From: an uncultured delta proteobacterium
Lineage (GTDB): Bacteria; Myxococcota; Myxococcia; Myxococcales; Myxococcaceae
DNA: 64,000 nt
Direction of reading: 5' to 3'
NCBI GenBank assembly: GCA_963771175.1
Contig: CAVYSY010000057.1
Span: forward strand, 32,001-96,000
How positions within the stretch are numbered: position 1 is the stretch's first letter; every line of letters starts with the position of its first letter. The position numbers and the translations under genes were made by a program. The notes under the pieces are model-generated. The model made no database searches, was not told the DNA's origin, and was given only the letters and a program-made list of their open reading frames with translations. Positions 9,909 to 21,110 of the stretch are shown one piece after another.

Positions 9909-10907
9909 TCACGCCGCCTGGCGCAGGGAGAGGTAGCGGCGCACGACGCCCCGGAGGGGCCGGGTCGACCACACCGCGAGGAAGAGCTGGCCCTCGCGGT
10001 AGTGCGCCTCGGAGACGAGGCCCCGCTGCCGGCACCGGCGCCACACCTCGAAGGCCTCCTCCCGGTGGCCCTGCTCGCGCCACTGCTCGGCGAGAGTCAT
10101 GTGGAGACGAGCCAGCAGCAGCCGACGCCGGGGGGTGAGGCCACCGGACTCCTCCAGGTTCCGCTGCGCCGAGGCCACCGTCCGCTCAATGCCGCGCAGT
10201 TGCGGCGGCCCCCTCTTCGTCCCGGAGATGGTGGGCCGATCCGGTGTCTGCACCCGGTGGAAGAAGAGGGGACCCTCGGGGAAGCACTGGTAGCGCACGC
10301 CCCGGGCCAGCGCCCGCACGTAGAAGTCCCAGTCCTGCCAGCACGGCAGCGCCTCATCCCAGGGGCCGAGCCTCAGCAGAGCGTCGCGGCGCCACAGCGC
10401 CCCGGCCGTCTGCCAGGGGATGTCCACGCGCAGGTAGCGCTCGAGGTCATCCTGTCCCGGCAGGGCCTCCACCACGCGCGGCATGTCCCCGGGATGGGTG
10501 TGGAAGTGCTGGAGGGGGAAGACGCCGAAGTCGAGCCCGGGCGCGGTCTCCATCCACCGCAGGCGCTCCTCCAGGCAGCGCGGGGACAGGGCATCGTCGT
10601 CGTCGAGGAAGATGAGGAACTCGCCGGTGGAGGCGGCGAAGCCGAGGTTGCGGCAGCGGTTGCCACCGGCTGGCTCGTCCTCGCGCACCACCACGCGGAC
10701 GCGCGGGTCGGAGGCGCCCCACTCCTGGAGACGCGCCACCGTCTCGTCGCGCGAGCCATCGTCCACGACGACCGCCTCCCAGTCCGTGTGGCGCTGTCGC
10801 TGGAGTGACTCCAGCGCCTCCGTGAGCAGCGGCAGCCGGTCCCGGGTGGGAATCACCACCGAAACCCGGCCTCGGACACCGGCACCTGGTCTGGACGACA
10901 GTGACAT
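9909..10907 (-). CDS. GT2 family glycosyltransferase
   Basis: VSVVIPTRDR, VVDDGSRD and FLDDDD motifs. Confidence 0.9.
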   Translation of the reverse strand: MSLSSRPGAGVRGRVSVVIPTRDRLPLLTEALESLQRQRHTDWEAVVVDDGSRDETVARLQEWGASDPRVRVVVREDEPAGGNRCRNLGFAASTGEFLIFLDDDDALSPRCLEERLRWMETAPGLDFGVFPLQHFHTHPGDMPRVVEALPGQDDLERYLRVDIPWQTAGALWRRDALLRLGPWDEALPCWQDWDFYVRALARGVRYQCFPEGPLFFHRVQTPDRPTISGTKRGPPQLRGIERTVASAQRNLEESGGLTPRRRLLLARLHMTLAEQWREQGHREEAFEVWRRCRQRGLVSEAHYREGQLFLAVWSTRPLRGVVRRYLSLRQAA

Positions 10908-11029
10908 GCGTTCGACTCTATCCAAAACGGTCCCACCGGGAAGCGAGGAGGATGAGCGTCTGCTCACCATCCAGCCAATAGCCGACAGAGCGCTTGCGCG
11001 CGCGTGGCGGGTTGTCCGATGGTCATCCG

Positions 11030-12566
11030 GTGACACGCGCCAGCCGGTTCCTGAGTGGCTTCAAATGGGGGCTCATCAACCAGGTGCTGACACTGGTGGT
11101 GGGACTGCTCGTCACGCCCTTCCTGCTGCGGCGCCTGGGCCAGTCGGACCTGGGCTTGTGGATGGTGGCCAGCTCGCTGCTGGGCTACCTGGGGCTGTTG
11201 GACCTGGGCGTCGTCGCCCTGCTTCCGCGCGAGACCGCCTACGCGGCGGGACGTCACCCGGAGCGGCCCCTGCCGGCGGTGGCCGACGTCTTCAGCCGGG
11301 CCCTCCAGATTGCCCTCCTCCAGCTCCCGTTGGTGGCCGCGGGCGCCGCGCTCCTGCTGCTGCTTCTTCCGGAGAACAGCGAGCGGCTCGTCCATCCCTT
11401 CCTGCTGGTGCTGGGCACCTTCGTCGTCCTCTTCCCGCTGCGCCTCTTCCAGGCGGTGCTGAACGGCTTGCAGGACTTGCGCTTCCTGGGCGTGCTGCAG
11501 ACGGTGAGCTGGGCCGCGGGCACCGCCACGAGCGTGGGCCTCGTCCTGCGGACGCGGGCCTGTTCGCGGTCGCCGCCGGCTGGGTGGTGACGCAGGGATT
11601 GTCGGCGCTCGCCTGCTTCTGGCGCCTGCGCACCGCCTTCCCGGAGGCGGTGCCCCGCCGGCTGTCCCGGCCCTCGTGGGAGAGCATCCGCTCCTGGCTG
11701 TCCCAGTCGCTGTGGATCACCGTCTCCAACGTGGCGCGACTGCTGCGGCTGGGCACGGACGTGGTCGTCATCGGCAAGCTGCTCGGGCCCGAGGCGGTGG
11801 TCCCCTATGCCTGCACGGCCCGACTCGTGAGCGTGTTGAGCAACATTCCGCAGATGGCGCTGGGAGTGCCCAGCCCGCCCTGGCCGAGCTGCGCATGAGC
11901 GCCGACAAGGCGCGCGTCACCGAGGTGTCCAACGCGCTGGAGCGGCTCATGCTCTTCCTGAGCGGCGGCGCCTTCTGTGGCCTGCTGGCCATCAACGAGG
12001 GTTTCGTCCGGTTCTGGGTGGGCGAGCAGCAGTACGGTGGGCTGGCGCTGACGCTGCTGTTCCTGACGAGCATGCTGCTGCGCCACTTCTGCCTGTCGGT
12101 GAACTCGTGCCTGTTCTGCTTCGGGTACGAGCGGCGGCTGGCGCTGACGGCCATCACCGACGGAGTGGTGACCGTTCCTGTTCCTGTGGCTCGGCGTCTC
12201 CCTGTTCGGGCTGGTGGGCGCGGCGCTCGCGCCCGTCCTCGGCATCTGCACGGTGTCACTGCCGATGAACGTGTCCCTCCTGGCTCGGGACTCCGGGCGC
12301 TCGGTGTGGCAGGTGGTGCGCAACCTCGCGCCGTGGGCGGTGCGGTTCGCGGTGGTGCTCGCGCTGTCACTGGGGATCGCCCTGGGGCTGAAGCCGCGAG
12401 GCCTTCCGGTCCTGACGCTGGCGGGCACGCTGGTGGGCGGCGTCTACCTGCTCGTCGTGGGTCCGCTGCTGTTCCAGGCGCCCCTGGGCCCGTACGTCCG
12501 CCCCGCGTCGAGGCACTCCGGGCCCGGTGGAACGCCCTGCGCTCGGGCCGGCTCGGCACGGGCTGA
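11030..12566 (+). CDS. wzx: Wzx-type polysaccharide flippase (several frameshifts)
   Basis: Hydrophobic segments with TPFLLRRLG..GLW, LLDLGV and TDVVVIGKLLGPEAVVPY spread over several frames (shifts ~11550, 11875, 12170, 12505). Confidence 0.75.
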
Positions 12567-12571
12567 GCCCG

Positions 12572-13768
12572 CTACTCCCCTCCCTCCGCCAGCAACGCGC
12601 TCAGCGCGTCCACGTGGGCCTCGGCGTTGAAGCGCCGGGCCGTGCGCCAGGCCCCCTCGCGCAGCCGGGCATGGTGGCCCGGGTCGGCGAGCGCCCGGAC
12701 GAGGGCATCGGCGAGCCCCTCGGGCGTGGGTGGATCGCCCGGGGCGAGTTCCCCGGAGACGCCCGGCTCGCACCAGTCGGGGATGCCGCCCACCGCGAAG
12801 GCCACCGAGGGGAGCCCCACCCCGCCCGCCTCCACGCCCACCATCCCGAAGGGCTCGGGCCAGACGCTCGGCACCGCGAGCAGGTCCGCCCGCCGCATCA
12901 ACCGCTCCCGCTCGGCCCGGTCCACCCAGCCCACGAAGCGCACCGGCACCCGCCGCGCCGCCGCCTCCGCCTGCATGCGCGGGCGCTCGGGACCATCCCC
13001 CGCCACGACCAACTCCAGCTCGCGCCCCAGGGCCTCGCGGGCCCTCGGCAGGGCGCGCACCAGCTCCACCCCACCCTTCAAGTCCGTGAGTCGCCCCACC
13101 ATCAGCACCTGCCCGGACGGGGGCCGGGGCGCGGGAGGCTCGGGGTCCGGTGCGCCGTCGCCGAACAGGGGCACGCACACCACCTGCTCCTCGGCGAGCC
13201 CGTGCCGGAGGTACTCCTCGCGCATGGCCCGACTGCCCACCAGCACGGTGCCGTAGCGGCGCACGAGGGCGAGGCGGCGGAGCTGGTAGCGGTACTCGCG
13301 CACCGCGGTGAGGGGGCTTCGTCCGCCACAGCGGCGCGGAAGGTAGTGCACGAGACACCCGGGGCCGAGCACGCGCTGGCACGGCACCGGCCGGGGGAAG
13401 GCGTGGCGCTTCATGCCGCCGATGCACGTGCCGTAATAGGCATGGAGGAAGAGCAGCGCCGGGTAGCGCTCCAGCAGCGCCTCCTCCAGGTCGAGGTCCT
13501 CGATGCCGTGCTGGTAGACCCGGTCCGGCCCCCACGCCGCCACTCCCTCGAGCACGCCCTGACGCCCGAGCGCGGTGAGGCTCCACACGGGAATGTCCAC
13601 CCCCGCGTCGATGCGGACCTGGCCGGGGGCGGCGTCGTGCTCGAAGAGGAGCCCGAGGGTATGGCCTCGGGCCTGGAGGAGCGGCAGCAGCGTGCGCAGG
13701 TGCGACTCGACCCCGCCCACCATGGCGCGGATCCTCGTGACGAGAAGGATGCGCATACCGTGGCTCAT
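12572..13768 (-). CDS. GT4 family glycosyltransferase
   Basis: GGVESH, VGRLTDLKG and PSVWPEPFGMVGVEA motifs. Confidence 0.9.
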   Translation of the reverse strand: MSHGMRILLVTRIRAMVGGVESHLRTLLPLLQARGHTLGLLFEHDAAPGQVRIDAGVDIPVWSLTALGRQGVLEGVAAWGPDRVYQHGIEDLDLEEALLERYPALLFLHAYYGTCIGGMKRHAFPRPVPCQRVLGPGCLVHYLPRRCGGRSPLTAVREYRYQLRRLALVRRYGTVLVGSRAMREEYLRHGLAEEQVVCVPLFGDGAPDPEPPAPRPPSGQVLMVGRLTDLKGGVELVRALPRAREALGRELELVVAGDGPERPRMQAEAAARRVPVRFVGWVDRAERERLMRRADLLAVPSVWPEPFGMVGVEAGGVGLPSVAFAVGGIPDWCEPGVSGELAPGDPPTPEGLADALVRALADPGHHARLREGAWRTARRFNAEAHVDALSALLAEGGE

Positions 13769-13979
13769 GGGGCGTCCCGGGGAGCTTCGACACGGAGAAG
13801 CGAGCGGCGCGTTCGACTCATGAGCGGCCCCATCCTGCCACCCCCGGCCCTGGAATGGTCGCGTCCCCTCAGGGAGCCAGGTCCCCCCATCACCGAGCGA
13901 ACAGTCGGACCGCGTTCCTCCCCCGAGCGTCGCACCGTCGCCTTGACCCGGCCCGGTCTCCTCTGGTGGGGTCCCCCCC

Positions 13980-15221
13980 GTGCGGTTGCTCTTCCTGAGT
14001 CCAGTGGGGGTGGTAGGGGGCGCGGAGCGGACGCTCCTGGACCTCCTGGATTGCCTGCGCCGCGCACCGGAAGCGCCCGGGCTCGGGCTCATCGCCGGAG
14101 CGGAGGGACCGCTGACGGAGCAGGCACGGGCCCTGGGCGTGGAGACGCTCGCCCTGCCCCTGCCCTCCGAGCTCGCCTCCCTGGGGGACTCGCAACTGCG
14201 CGGCGCGGGAGCGGAGCACCTCCTGCGCTTTGGTGCCTCCCTGGCGCGGGCCACGCCGGCCGCGGCGAGCCACCTGCTCTCCCTGCAACGGGCCCTGCGC
14301 GACTTCCGGCCGGACCTCGTCCACTCCAACGGGCTCAAGACGCACCTGCTCGCCGCGCTCTGTGCGCCGGGGGCTCCGGTGGTGTGGCACGTCCACGACT
14401 TCCTCGGCGAGCGGCCCCTGGTGCAGCGGGCACTGCGCGTGGCCGGAGTGCGCGCGGCCGCGGCCATCGCCAACTCGGCGGCGGTGGCGGAGGACGCCCG
14501 GCACGTGCTGGGCCGCGTCCCGGTGTACCCCGTCCACAACGGCGTGGACACGGAGCGCTTCTCTCCCGGCCCGGCTGACGGTGGGCGGCTCGACGCGCTC
14601 GCGGGCCTGCCCCCGGCGCCCGAGGGCACGGTGCGGCTCGGGCTCGTGGCCACGTACGCGCGCTGGAAGGGGCAGGAGCTGTTCCTCCAGGCGGCGGCGC
14701 GCCTGCGGGCCCGACTCCCCACGCACCCGGTGCGCTTCTACGTGGTGGGCAGCCCCGTGTACCGCACGCCCGGCTCGCAGTACTCCGAGGCGGAGCTGCG
14801 CGCCACCGCGCACGCGCTGGGCCTGGAGGGCCACGTGGGCTTCATCCCCTTCCAGGCCGAGCCCTCCGACATCTACCGGGCGCTCGACGGGGTGGTGCAC
14901 GCCAGCACGCGGCCGGAGCCCTTCGGGATGACCATCGTCGAGGCCATGGCGTGCGCCCGGGCGGTGGTGGTGTCCGCCGCGGGCGGGGCCGCGGAGCTCG
15001 TCCGGCCCGGGCACGACGCGCTGGCCTTCTCGCCCGGAGACGTGGAGGGGCTGGCCGAGGCGCTGGCGCGGCTCGTCCGGGAACCGGAGCGGCGCGCGCG
15101 ACTGGGCGAGGAGGCCCGGAGCTCGGTGCTCGCGCGCTTCACCCGCGAGCGCTACGCCGCGCAGGTGCGGGACGTGTACTCGCGGGTGCTGGGAGGAGGG
15201 CATGAGCCGGGAACGGCGTGA
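13980..15221 (+). CDS. GT4 family glycosyltransferase
   Basis: GGAERT, WHVHD and STRPEPFGMTIVEAMACAR motifs. Confidence 0.9.
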   Translation: MRLLFLSPVGVVGGAERTLLDLLDCLRRAPEAPGLGLIAGAEGPLTEQARALGVETLALPLPSELASLGDSQLRGAGAEHLLRFGASLARATPAAASHLLSLQRALRDFRPDLVHSNGLKTHLLAALCAPGAPVVWHVHDFLGERPLVQRALRVAGVRAAAAIANSAAVAEDARHVLGRVPVYPVHNGVDTERFSPGPADGGRLDALAGLPPAPEGTVRLGLVATYARWKGQELFLQAAARLRARLPTHPVRFYVVGSPVYRTPGSQYSEAELRATAHALGLEGHVGFIPFQAEPSDIYRALDGVVHASTRPEPFGMTIVEAMACARAVVVSAAGGAAELVRPGHDALAFSPGDVEGLAEALARLVREPERRARLGEEARSSVLARFTRERYAAQVRDVYSRVLGGGHEPGTA

Positions 15222-16394
15222 CCGCGCTCGGCGTCTCCTGGCACTTCCTCACGGGCGAGTTCCCCCCGCAGCCCGGCGGAGTGAGCGACTACACGTGGCA
15301 GGTGGCCGAGGGGCTCGCGCGCGAGGGCGTGCGCCGTCCACGTCTGGGCCCCGGGCGAGCGGCAGGACAGCGCGCCCGAGGGCGTCACGGTCCACCGGCT
15401 CCCCGAGGGCTTCGGCCCGCGAGGCCTGCGGCGGCTGGAGCGCGAGCTGGCGCGACTCCCCGGCCCGAAGCGGCTGGTGGTGCAGTACGTGCCGCACGCC
15501 TTCGGCTACCGGGCGATGAACGTCCCCTTCGCGCTGTGGCTCGCGGCGCGTCGCGGCGACGAGGTGTGGAGTTTCTTCCACGAGGTCTGCTTCCCCTGGG
15601 GCTGGAAGCGGCCGTGGCGCCACAACGTGCTGGGGGCCGTCACGCGGGTGATGGCGGCGCTCGTGGTGGCGCGGGCGGACCGCGTCTTCGTCTCCACGCC
15701 GTGGTGGAACGAGCGCCTGCACAAGCCGCCGCGTCGAGTGCCCATCGAGTGGCTGCCCGTGCCGAGCAACCTGCCCACGCAACCCGCCGCCGAGCGCGGT
15801 GGAGGCCGCCCGGGCCTCGCTGGGAGCGGACCCCGAGGCCGTGCTGCTCGGCCACCTGGGGACGTACGGAGACCTCATCACGGGGATGCTGGAGGAGGTG
15901 CTGCCCGCGCTGCTGCGACGGGACGCGCGCCGCCTGGTGGTGCTGGCGGGCCGGGGCGGCACGCGCTTCGCCGAGCAGCTCACCAGCCGCCACCCGGAGC
16001 TCGCCGGGCGCGTGCGCGCGCTGGGAGGCCTGCCCGGGGACGACCCTGGCCGCCACGCTGAAGGCCTGCGACGTGCTGCTGCAGCCCTTCCCCGACGGGC
16101 TGAGCACGCGGCGCAGCAGCGCCATGGCGGGGCTGGGGCTGGGCGTGCCGCTGGTGTCCAACGCCGGCTCCGCCACCGAGCACCGTGTGGCACGGCTCCG
16201 GCGCGCTCGCGCTGGCCCCCGAGCCCACGGGCGCCGCGGTGCGGGCGGCGGCCGAGGCCCTGCTGTCCGCGCCGGAGACCTGGCCCGACCTGGGCCGGCG
16301 CGCGGCCGATTTCTACGCGAAGAAATTCTCGCTCGCGCACACGCTGGACGTGCTCCTGGACCGGAGCCGCGCTCGCGTGGTGGAGGACACATGA
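15218..16394 (+). CDS. GT4-like glycosyltransferase (several frameshifts)
   Basis: GEFPPQPGGVSDYT, VQYVPHAFG and DVLLQPFPDGLSTRRSS in successive frames. Confidence 0.7.
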
Positions 16395-17547
16395 GCCGCC
16401 CCTGGAGGTCCGCTGCGCCTGGTGCTGCTGATGGACCCGCTCGAGGAGGGCTGGCCGAGCATGGACCTCGCGGGCGAAGCGCTGCACGAGCAGTTCCACG
16501 GCCCGCTGGCGGAGTCCGTGTGGGTGACGTCGGTGCGCCCGAGGATGGTGCCCCTGGCGCGGCGGCTGCCCGTGCTGAGAGATCGGCGGCAGGCCCTCAA
16601 CGTGGACCGGCTGCTCACGCGATTCCTCGCGTACCCGGCGCGGGCGGCGGTGCGCACGCGCGGGCAGGACGCCTACCACGTGGTGGACCACACGTACGCG
16701 CAGCTCGTGCACGCGCTGCCCGCCGAGCGCACGGGCGTGTACTGCCACGACCTGGACGCCTTCCGCGGCCTCATCGAGCCGGAGAAGGAGCCGAGGCCCG
16801 CGTGGTTCAAGGCGATGGCCTGGGCCACGTTGAAGGGGCTACAGCGGGCAGCGGTGGTGTTCCACAGCACGGGCAGCGGTGCGCGAGGAGTTGCTGCGCC
16901 ACGGGCTGGTGCCGCCGGAGCGGCTGGTCCACGCGCCCCTGGGCGCCTCGCCGGAGTACGGACCCGAGCCGGTGCCGGGAGACACGAGCGACGAGGTGCT
17001 GCGCCCGCTGGAAGGCCGGCCCTACGTGCTGCACGTGGGCAGTGGGGTTCCGCGCAAGCGCGTGGACGTGCTCCTCGAGGTCTTCGCGGCGCTGCGCCGC
17101 CAGCACCCGGAGCTGCGACTGGTGCAGCAGGGGGCCGCGCTGAACGAGTCGCAGCGGGCCCAGGTGGCACGGCTCGGCCTTGGCGACGCCCTGCTGCAAC
17201 CGCCGAAGCAGGACCGGGCGACGCTGTCGGGGCTGTACCGGCGGGCGAAGGTGGTCCTGGTGACGAGCGAGGCGGAAGGCTTCGGGCTGCCCGTCATCGA
17301 GGCCCTGGCCTGCGGTGCGCCCGTGGTGGCGAGCGACCTCCCGGTGCTGCGCGAGGTGGGCGGCGACGTCGTCACCTACGCCCCGGTGGGAGACGTCGGC
17401 GCCTGGACGGAGGCGGTGCACCGCGTGCTGGCATCATCGGAGCCCGACACGGGACAGAGCCAGCGCATCACACGCGGGCGCGGCTACTCCTGGACGAACC
17501 ACGCGCGCATCATCCTCGACACCTACCGTCGGCTATTGGAGCGCTGA
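16391..17547 (+). CDS. GT4 family glycosyltransferase (frameshifts ~16415, ~16875)
   Basis: EGWPSMD, HVVDHTYA and HVGSGVPRKR...SEAEGFGLPVIEALACG motifs. Confidence 0.8.
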
Positions 17548-17557
17548 ACGGGGTGAG

Positions 17558-18646
17558 CTACCGGGTCACCCGCTCCAGCAGCTCGCGGACGCGGGTACCG
17601 AGCACCGCGTAATCAAACCGCTCACGCGCCACGCCCACCAACGCCTCCCCGGCCCGGAGCCGCTCGGGCCGAGCCAGCAGCCCCTCCACCCGCTCGGCGA
17701 GCCGGGCGGGGTAGGAGCGATCCACCACGCCCTCGTATGGCACGCGCATCTCCTCGGGCAGCACGAGCGAGGCCTCCCCCACGTCGGTGGCGAGCACATA
17801 CCTCCCATGGGCCATGTACAGGGGCAGCTTCCCCGTGGTGCGCACCCGGCCGACCACGTCGTTGCTCTGCGTGGACAGGACGACATCCATCACCCCGAGG
17901 TACTCGGACACGGTCTCGTACGGGATGCGGTCGATGAAGGTCATCTGCCCCTCGAGGCCGTAGCGCCGACACCACTCGCGCAGGTGGGGCACACCGCTGC
18001 CGTCCCCGATGAGCACGCCCCTCACGGGCCGCCCCTTCATCAGGCGCATCAGCTCCACCAGCTCCCAGCCCACACACACCTGGAGCCGCTCGCTCCAAAG
18101 GGTCGAGCCCAGGATGCCCACGGTCAGCACGCCCTCCAACCCCAGCCGCCGGCGCAGCTCCGTGGCGGGACGCGCGAGGAACGCGTCCACGTGCACCCCA
18201 TCCTGGATGACGGTGCTCTCCAGCCCCTGCTCCGCCAGCAACCGCTGGTGGAAGGTGCCGCGCACCACCACGGCGTCCGCGGTGCGCAGGCCGAACTGCT
18301 CGAGCCCCTCGGTGAGCAGCTCCCCCACCCGGCCCCGGCCGCCCACGGAGCGCGCGAGGGCCGCGATGGCATCCCCGGTGTCCACCACGCGCGGGCAGCG
18401 CGCCCGGAGCGAGTGCAGGGCCGCGGCGGCTACTCCCGAGTACCCCAGGTCCATCACGTACAGCACGTCCGGCCGCAGCGCGTGCAGGGCCGCCGTCATC
18501 TCGCCGATGGCACGCACCTTCCGGGGTGCACGGTGCAGCAGCGTGCAGTCGAACATGCTCCCCAGTTCCCGGGCAAAGGACTCGGCGCGCGTGCTCATGG
18601 CGCTCCCCGACGTGCCATTCACCACGAAGGCCACCCGCTTCTTCAT
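17558..18646 (-). CDS. Glycosyltransferase (GT4-like)
   Basis: IGDGSG and RTTGKLPLYMAHGRYVLATDVG motifs. Confidence 0.8.
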   Translation of the reverse strand: MKKRVAFVVNGTSGSAMSTRAESFARELGSMFDCTLLHRAPRKVRAIGEMTAALHALRPDVLYVMDLGYSGVAAAALHSLRARCPRVVDTGDAIAALARSVGGRGRVGELLTEGLEQFGLRTADAVVVRGTFHQRLLAEQGLESTVIQDGVHVDAFLARPATELRRRLGLEGVLTVGILGSTLWSERLQVCVGWELVELMRLMKGRPVRGVLIGDGSGVPHLREWCRRYGLEGQMTFIDRIPYETVSEYLGVMDVVLSTQSNDVVGRVRTTGKLPLYMAHGRYVLATDVGEASLVLPEEMRVPYEGVVDRSYPARLAERVEGLLARPERLRAGEALVGVARERFDYAVLGTRVRELLERVTR

Positions 18647-19761
18647 ACGCGATGCTCCAGCACCTGCGCATAGACCTCGAGTGTCTGACGGGCCACCTCG
18701 TCCCAGGTGCACCGCTCCGCCCGGACCCGGGCCGCCCGACCCAGGCGCTCGGAGAAGACCGCCTCCCCGGCCAGCTCGCGCATCGCGGCCGCGAGCGCCT
18801 CCACGTCTCCCGCCTCGTCCAGCAGCAGCCCGTCCTCGCGGTGGGTGACGAGCTCCGAGGCCCCGGCGGCGCGCGAGACGATGACGGGGAGCCCGGCGGC
18901 CATGGCCTCGGTGACGACCATGCCGAAGGCGTCGTAGGGGGTGGGGCAGACGAAGAGGTCGGCCGCGGCGTAGAAGCGCTCGATGGCGTCGGTCGGCGGA
19001 TGGAAGCGCACGCGAGCGCCGAGCCCCAACCGCTCCGCCCGCGCGCGCGTGGGGCCCGTGTCGCCCCGGGTGACGATGTCCAGGGTGAGCCCCGGCACAC
19101 GGGCCAGCGCCTCCAGCGTCACGGCCGCGCCCTTGCGCAGGTCCCCCACGTAGAGGGCGGTCCGCTCCTCGAGCCCCACGCCGAGCGCCGCGCGCACCTC
19201 GCGCCGGGTGTCGCCGCGCAGGGCCGGGGAGAAGCGCTCCACCTCCACGCCATGGTGGATGACCCGGGTGGGCCCCTGGCGCCCGTACAGCTCGCGCAGC
19301 TCCTCCTCCAGCTTGTGGGAGATGGCGATGACGGTGGCCCCGTCGGACGTCCGATAGAGGAGCTCCTCCAACGGCACCACCACGCTCTCGAAGAGCCGCT
19401 GGCGCGCGCTGTAGTCGTGGCCGAGCGCACGCTGGGCACGGAACCAGGAGCGATTGCAGATGTGGGCGGTGATGACGTTGGCGCCCGTGGTGGCCAGCCC
19501 CTGCGCGTGGACGATGTCGAAGCCCCCGCCCCGCCCGAGCTGGAGGCTGGCCGAGGCATAGAAGGACAGCACGGTGGTGAGCGCGGTGGCGCGCACCGCG
19601 GGCACCCGGTGGAAGGTGATGCCCTCGGCGCCTCGCGAGTCGAAGCGGTGGGCGAAGACATGCACCTCGTGCCGGGCCCGGAAACGCTCGGCCAGCTCCA
19701 CCACGTAGCGGCTGTGGCCGAAACCCCGGTTGTACTCGTGGACCACCAGGGCGATCTTCAT
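18643..19761 (-). CDS. GT4 family glycosyltransferase
   Basis: MKIALVVHEY start; PTPYDAFGMVVTEAMAAGLPV motif. Confidence 0.9.
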   Translation of the reverse strand: MKIALVVHEYNRGFGHSRYVVELAERFRARHEVHVFAHRFDSRGAEGITFHRVPAVRATALTTVLSFYASASLQLGRGGGFDIVHAQGLATTGANVITAHICNRSWFRAQRALGHDYSARQRLFESVVVPLEELLYRTSDGATVIAISHKLEEELRELYGRQGPTRVIHHGVEVERFSPALRGDTRREVRAALGVGLEERTALYVGDLRKGAAVTLEALARVPGLTLDIVTRGDTGPTRARAERLGLGARVRFHPPTDAIERFYAAADLFVCPTPYDAFGMVVTEAMAAGLPVIVSRAAGASELVTHREDGLLLDEAGDVEALAAAMRELAGEAVFSERLGRAARVRAERCTWDEVARQTLEVYAQVLEHRV

Positions 19762-21110
19762 GGCCGCGCCACCTCCAGCGTCCCCACCTTCGGGGGCGCG
19801 ACGAACACGGGGACCTTCGCGGGAGAGGGCCGCCGCATCCCCACCACCGCGCCCATCCACAGCAGCAACAGGGCGGAGCCGGGAATGGAGGAGAGCAGGC
19901 CCGTACCGATGAAGGCCGTCATCCACATCACCCCGGTGGTCACCCACATCATCCGGTCCGCCACCAGCGAGGCGCCCCGGCGCCGCGGCGGCATGCGGGA
20001 GAGGAGCCAGGCGACGAAGACGAGCCACATCACCAGCCCGATGAGCCCCTGCTCCAGGGCGATGCGGGCGAACTCATTCTCCAGGCCAATCTGGGGCCGG
20101 GCGAGGTCCGCGAGGAAGAAGGGGATGCTCGTCCCCGCGGCACTCCCCAGCCCGTTGCCCAGCGGGTAGTTCGTGACGACGTGCAGCAGGCTGGCGTTCA
20201 CGCTCCAGCCCACGCGCTCCGTCACGTACTCGGTGTCCTGCAGCGTCGCGAAGCGCTGGAAGCGCGGGTTCTGCATGACGATGAGGCCCACCACCAGGCC
20301 CACCCCCGTCACCGTCCCGAGCATCTTGAGCGAGAAGCGGGTGCACAGCATCAGCAGCCCGACGATGACCACGAGCTGCGCCACGGGGGAGCGCGCCGCG
20401 GAGATGAAGAGGCACAGCACGCTGCTGACCAGCACCCCGGCGGTGAGGACGCGGCTGTCCGGGCGACGCTGCCACCGGCGCACCAGCAGCGGCAGCGACA
20501 GCAGCAGGGTGCCCGCGAAGGCGTGGGCGCTGTTGAAGGTGGCGGGAATCCGGGGCTGCCGGTCCTCGCCCACGTCCTGGGACATATAGATGATGATGGA
20601 GGAGGCGTTGCGCGGGAAGAAGAGCTCCACCCCGACAGCCAGCTCCGCCAGCGCGAAGGCGAACGCCATCACGTTGAGCCACAGCAGCCACTCCCCGAAG
20701 CGGTCCAGCTCCTGCTCGTCCAGGCTCGCGCCGATGGAGAGGAGCGGCAGCAGGAGGATGGCCACCCGCAGGCCGACGAGCTGGATGAAGAAGTGCTGCG
20801 AGTCGAAGAGCGGCGACAGCACCATGGTGAAGAGGGGCCAGACCATCAGCACCTTCACCCACATCCGCAGCGCCAACCCGTCCCGGCCGACCCGCCCCGC
20901 CCTCTTCCGCCTGCCGGTGAGGACGGCCAGGTAGAGGCCCAGCACCGCGCCGTCGAAGATGAAGTGCGAGAGGCCGTCCGGGAAGCGCGCCCGGAGCATG
21001 CCGTACAGGTAGCCGAACAGCATCATCACGCCCAGGCCGTGGCCGGTGCCGCGCCGCGTGGCCAGCCACGTCCCCGCGAGGGCCAGCACCGTGAGCGCGA
21101 AGCCGATCAT
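19758..21110 (-). CDS. wzy: Wzy-like polysaccharide polymerase
   Basis: About 450-aa multi-TM protein with RIPATFNSAH, SAARSP and PLGNGLG...ENEFARIALEQGLIGL (Wzy_C/O-antigen ligase-like), located between GTs and wzc. Confidence 0.7.
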   Translation of the reverse strand: MIGFALTVLALAGTWLATRRGTGHGLGVMMLFGYLYGMLRARFPDGLSHFIFDGAVLGLYLAVLTGRRKRAGRVGRDGLALRMWVKVLMVWPLFTMVLSPLFDSQHFFIQLVGLRVAILLLPLLSIGASLDEQELDRFGEWLLWLNVMAFAFALAELAVGVELFFPRNASSIIIYMSQDVGEDRQPRIPATFNSAHAFAGTLLLSLPLLVRRWQRRPDSRVLTAGVLVSSVLCLFISAARSPVAQLVVIVGLLMLCTRFSLKMLGTVTGVGLVVGLIVMQNPRFQRFATLQDTEYVTERVGWSVNASLLHVVTNYPLGNGLGSAAGTSIPFFLADLARPQIGLENEFARIALEQGLIGLVMWLVFVAWLLSRMPPRRRGASLVADRMMWVTTGVMWMTAFIGTGLLSSIPGSALLLLWMGAVVGMRRPSPAKVPVFVAPPKVGTLEVARP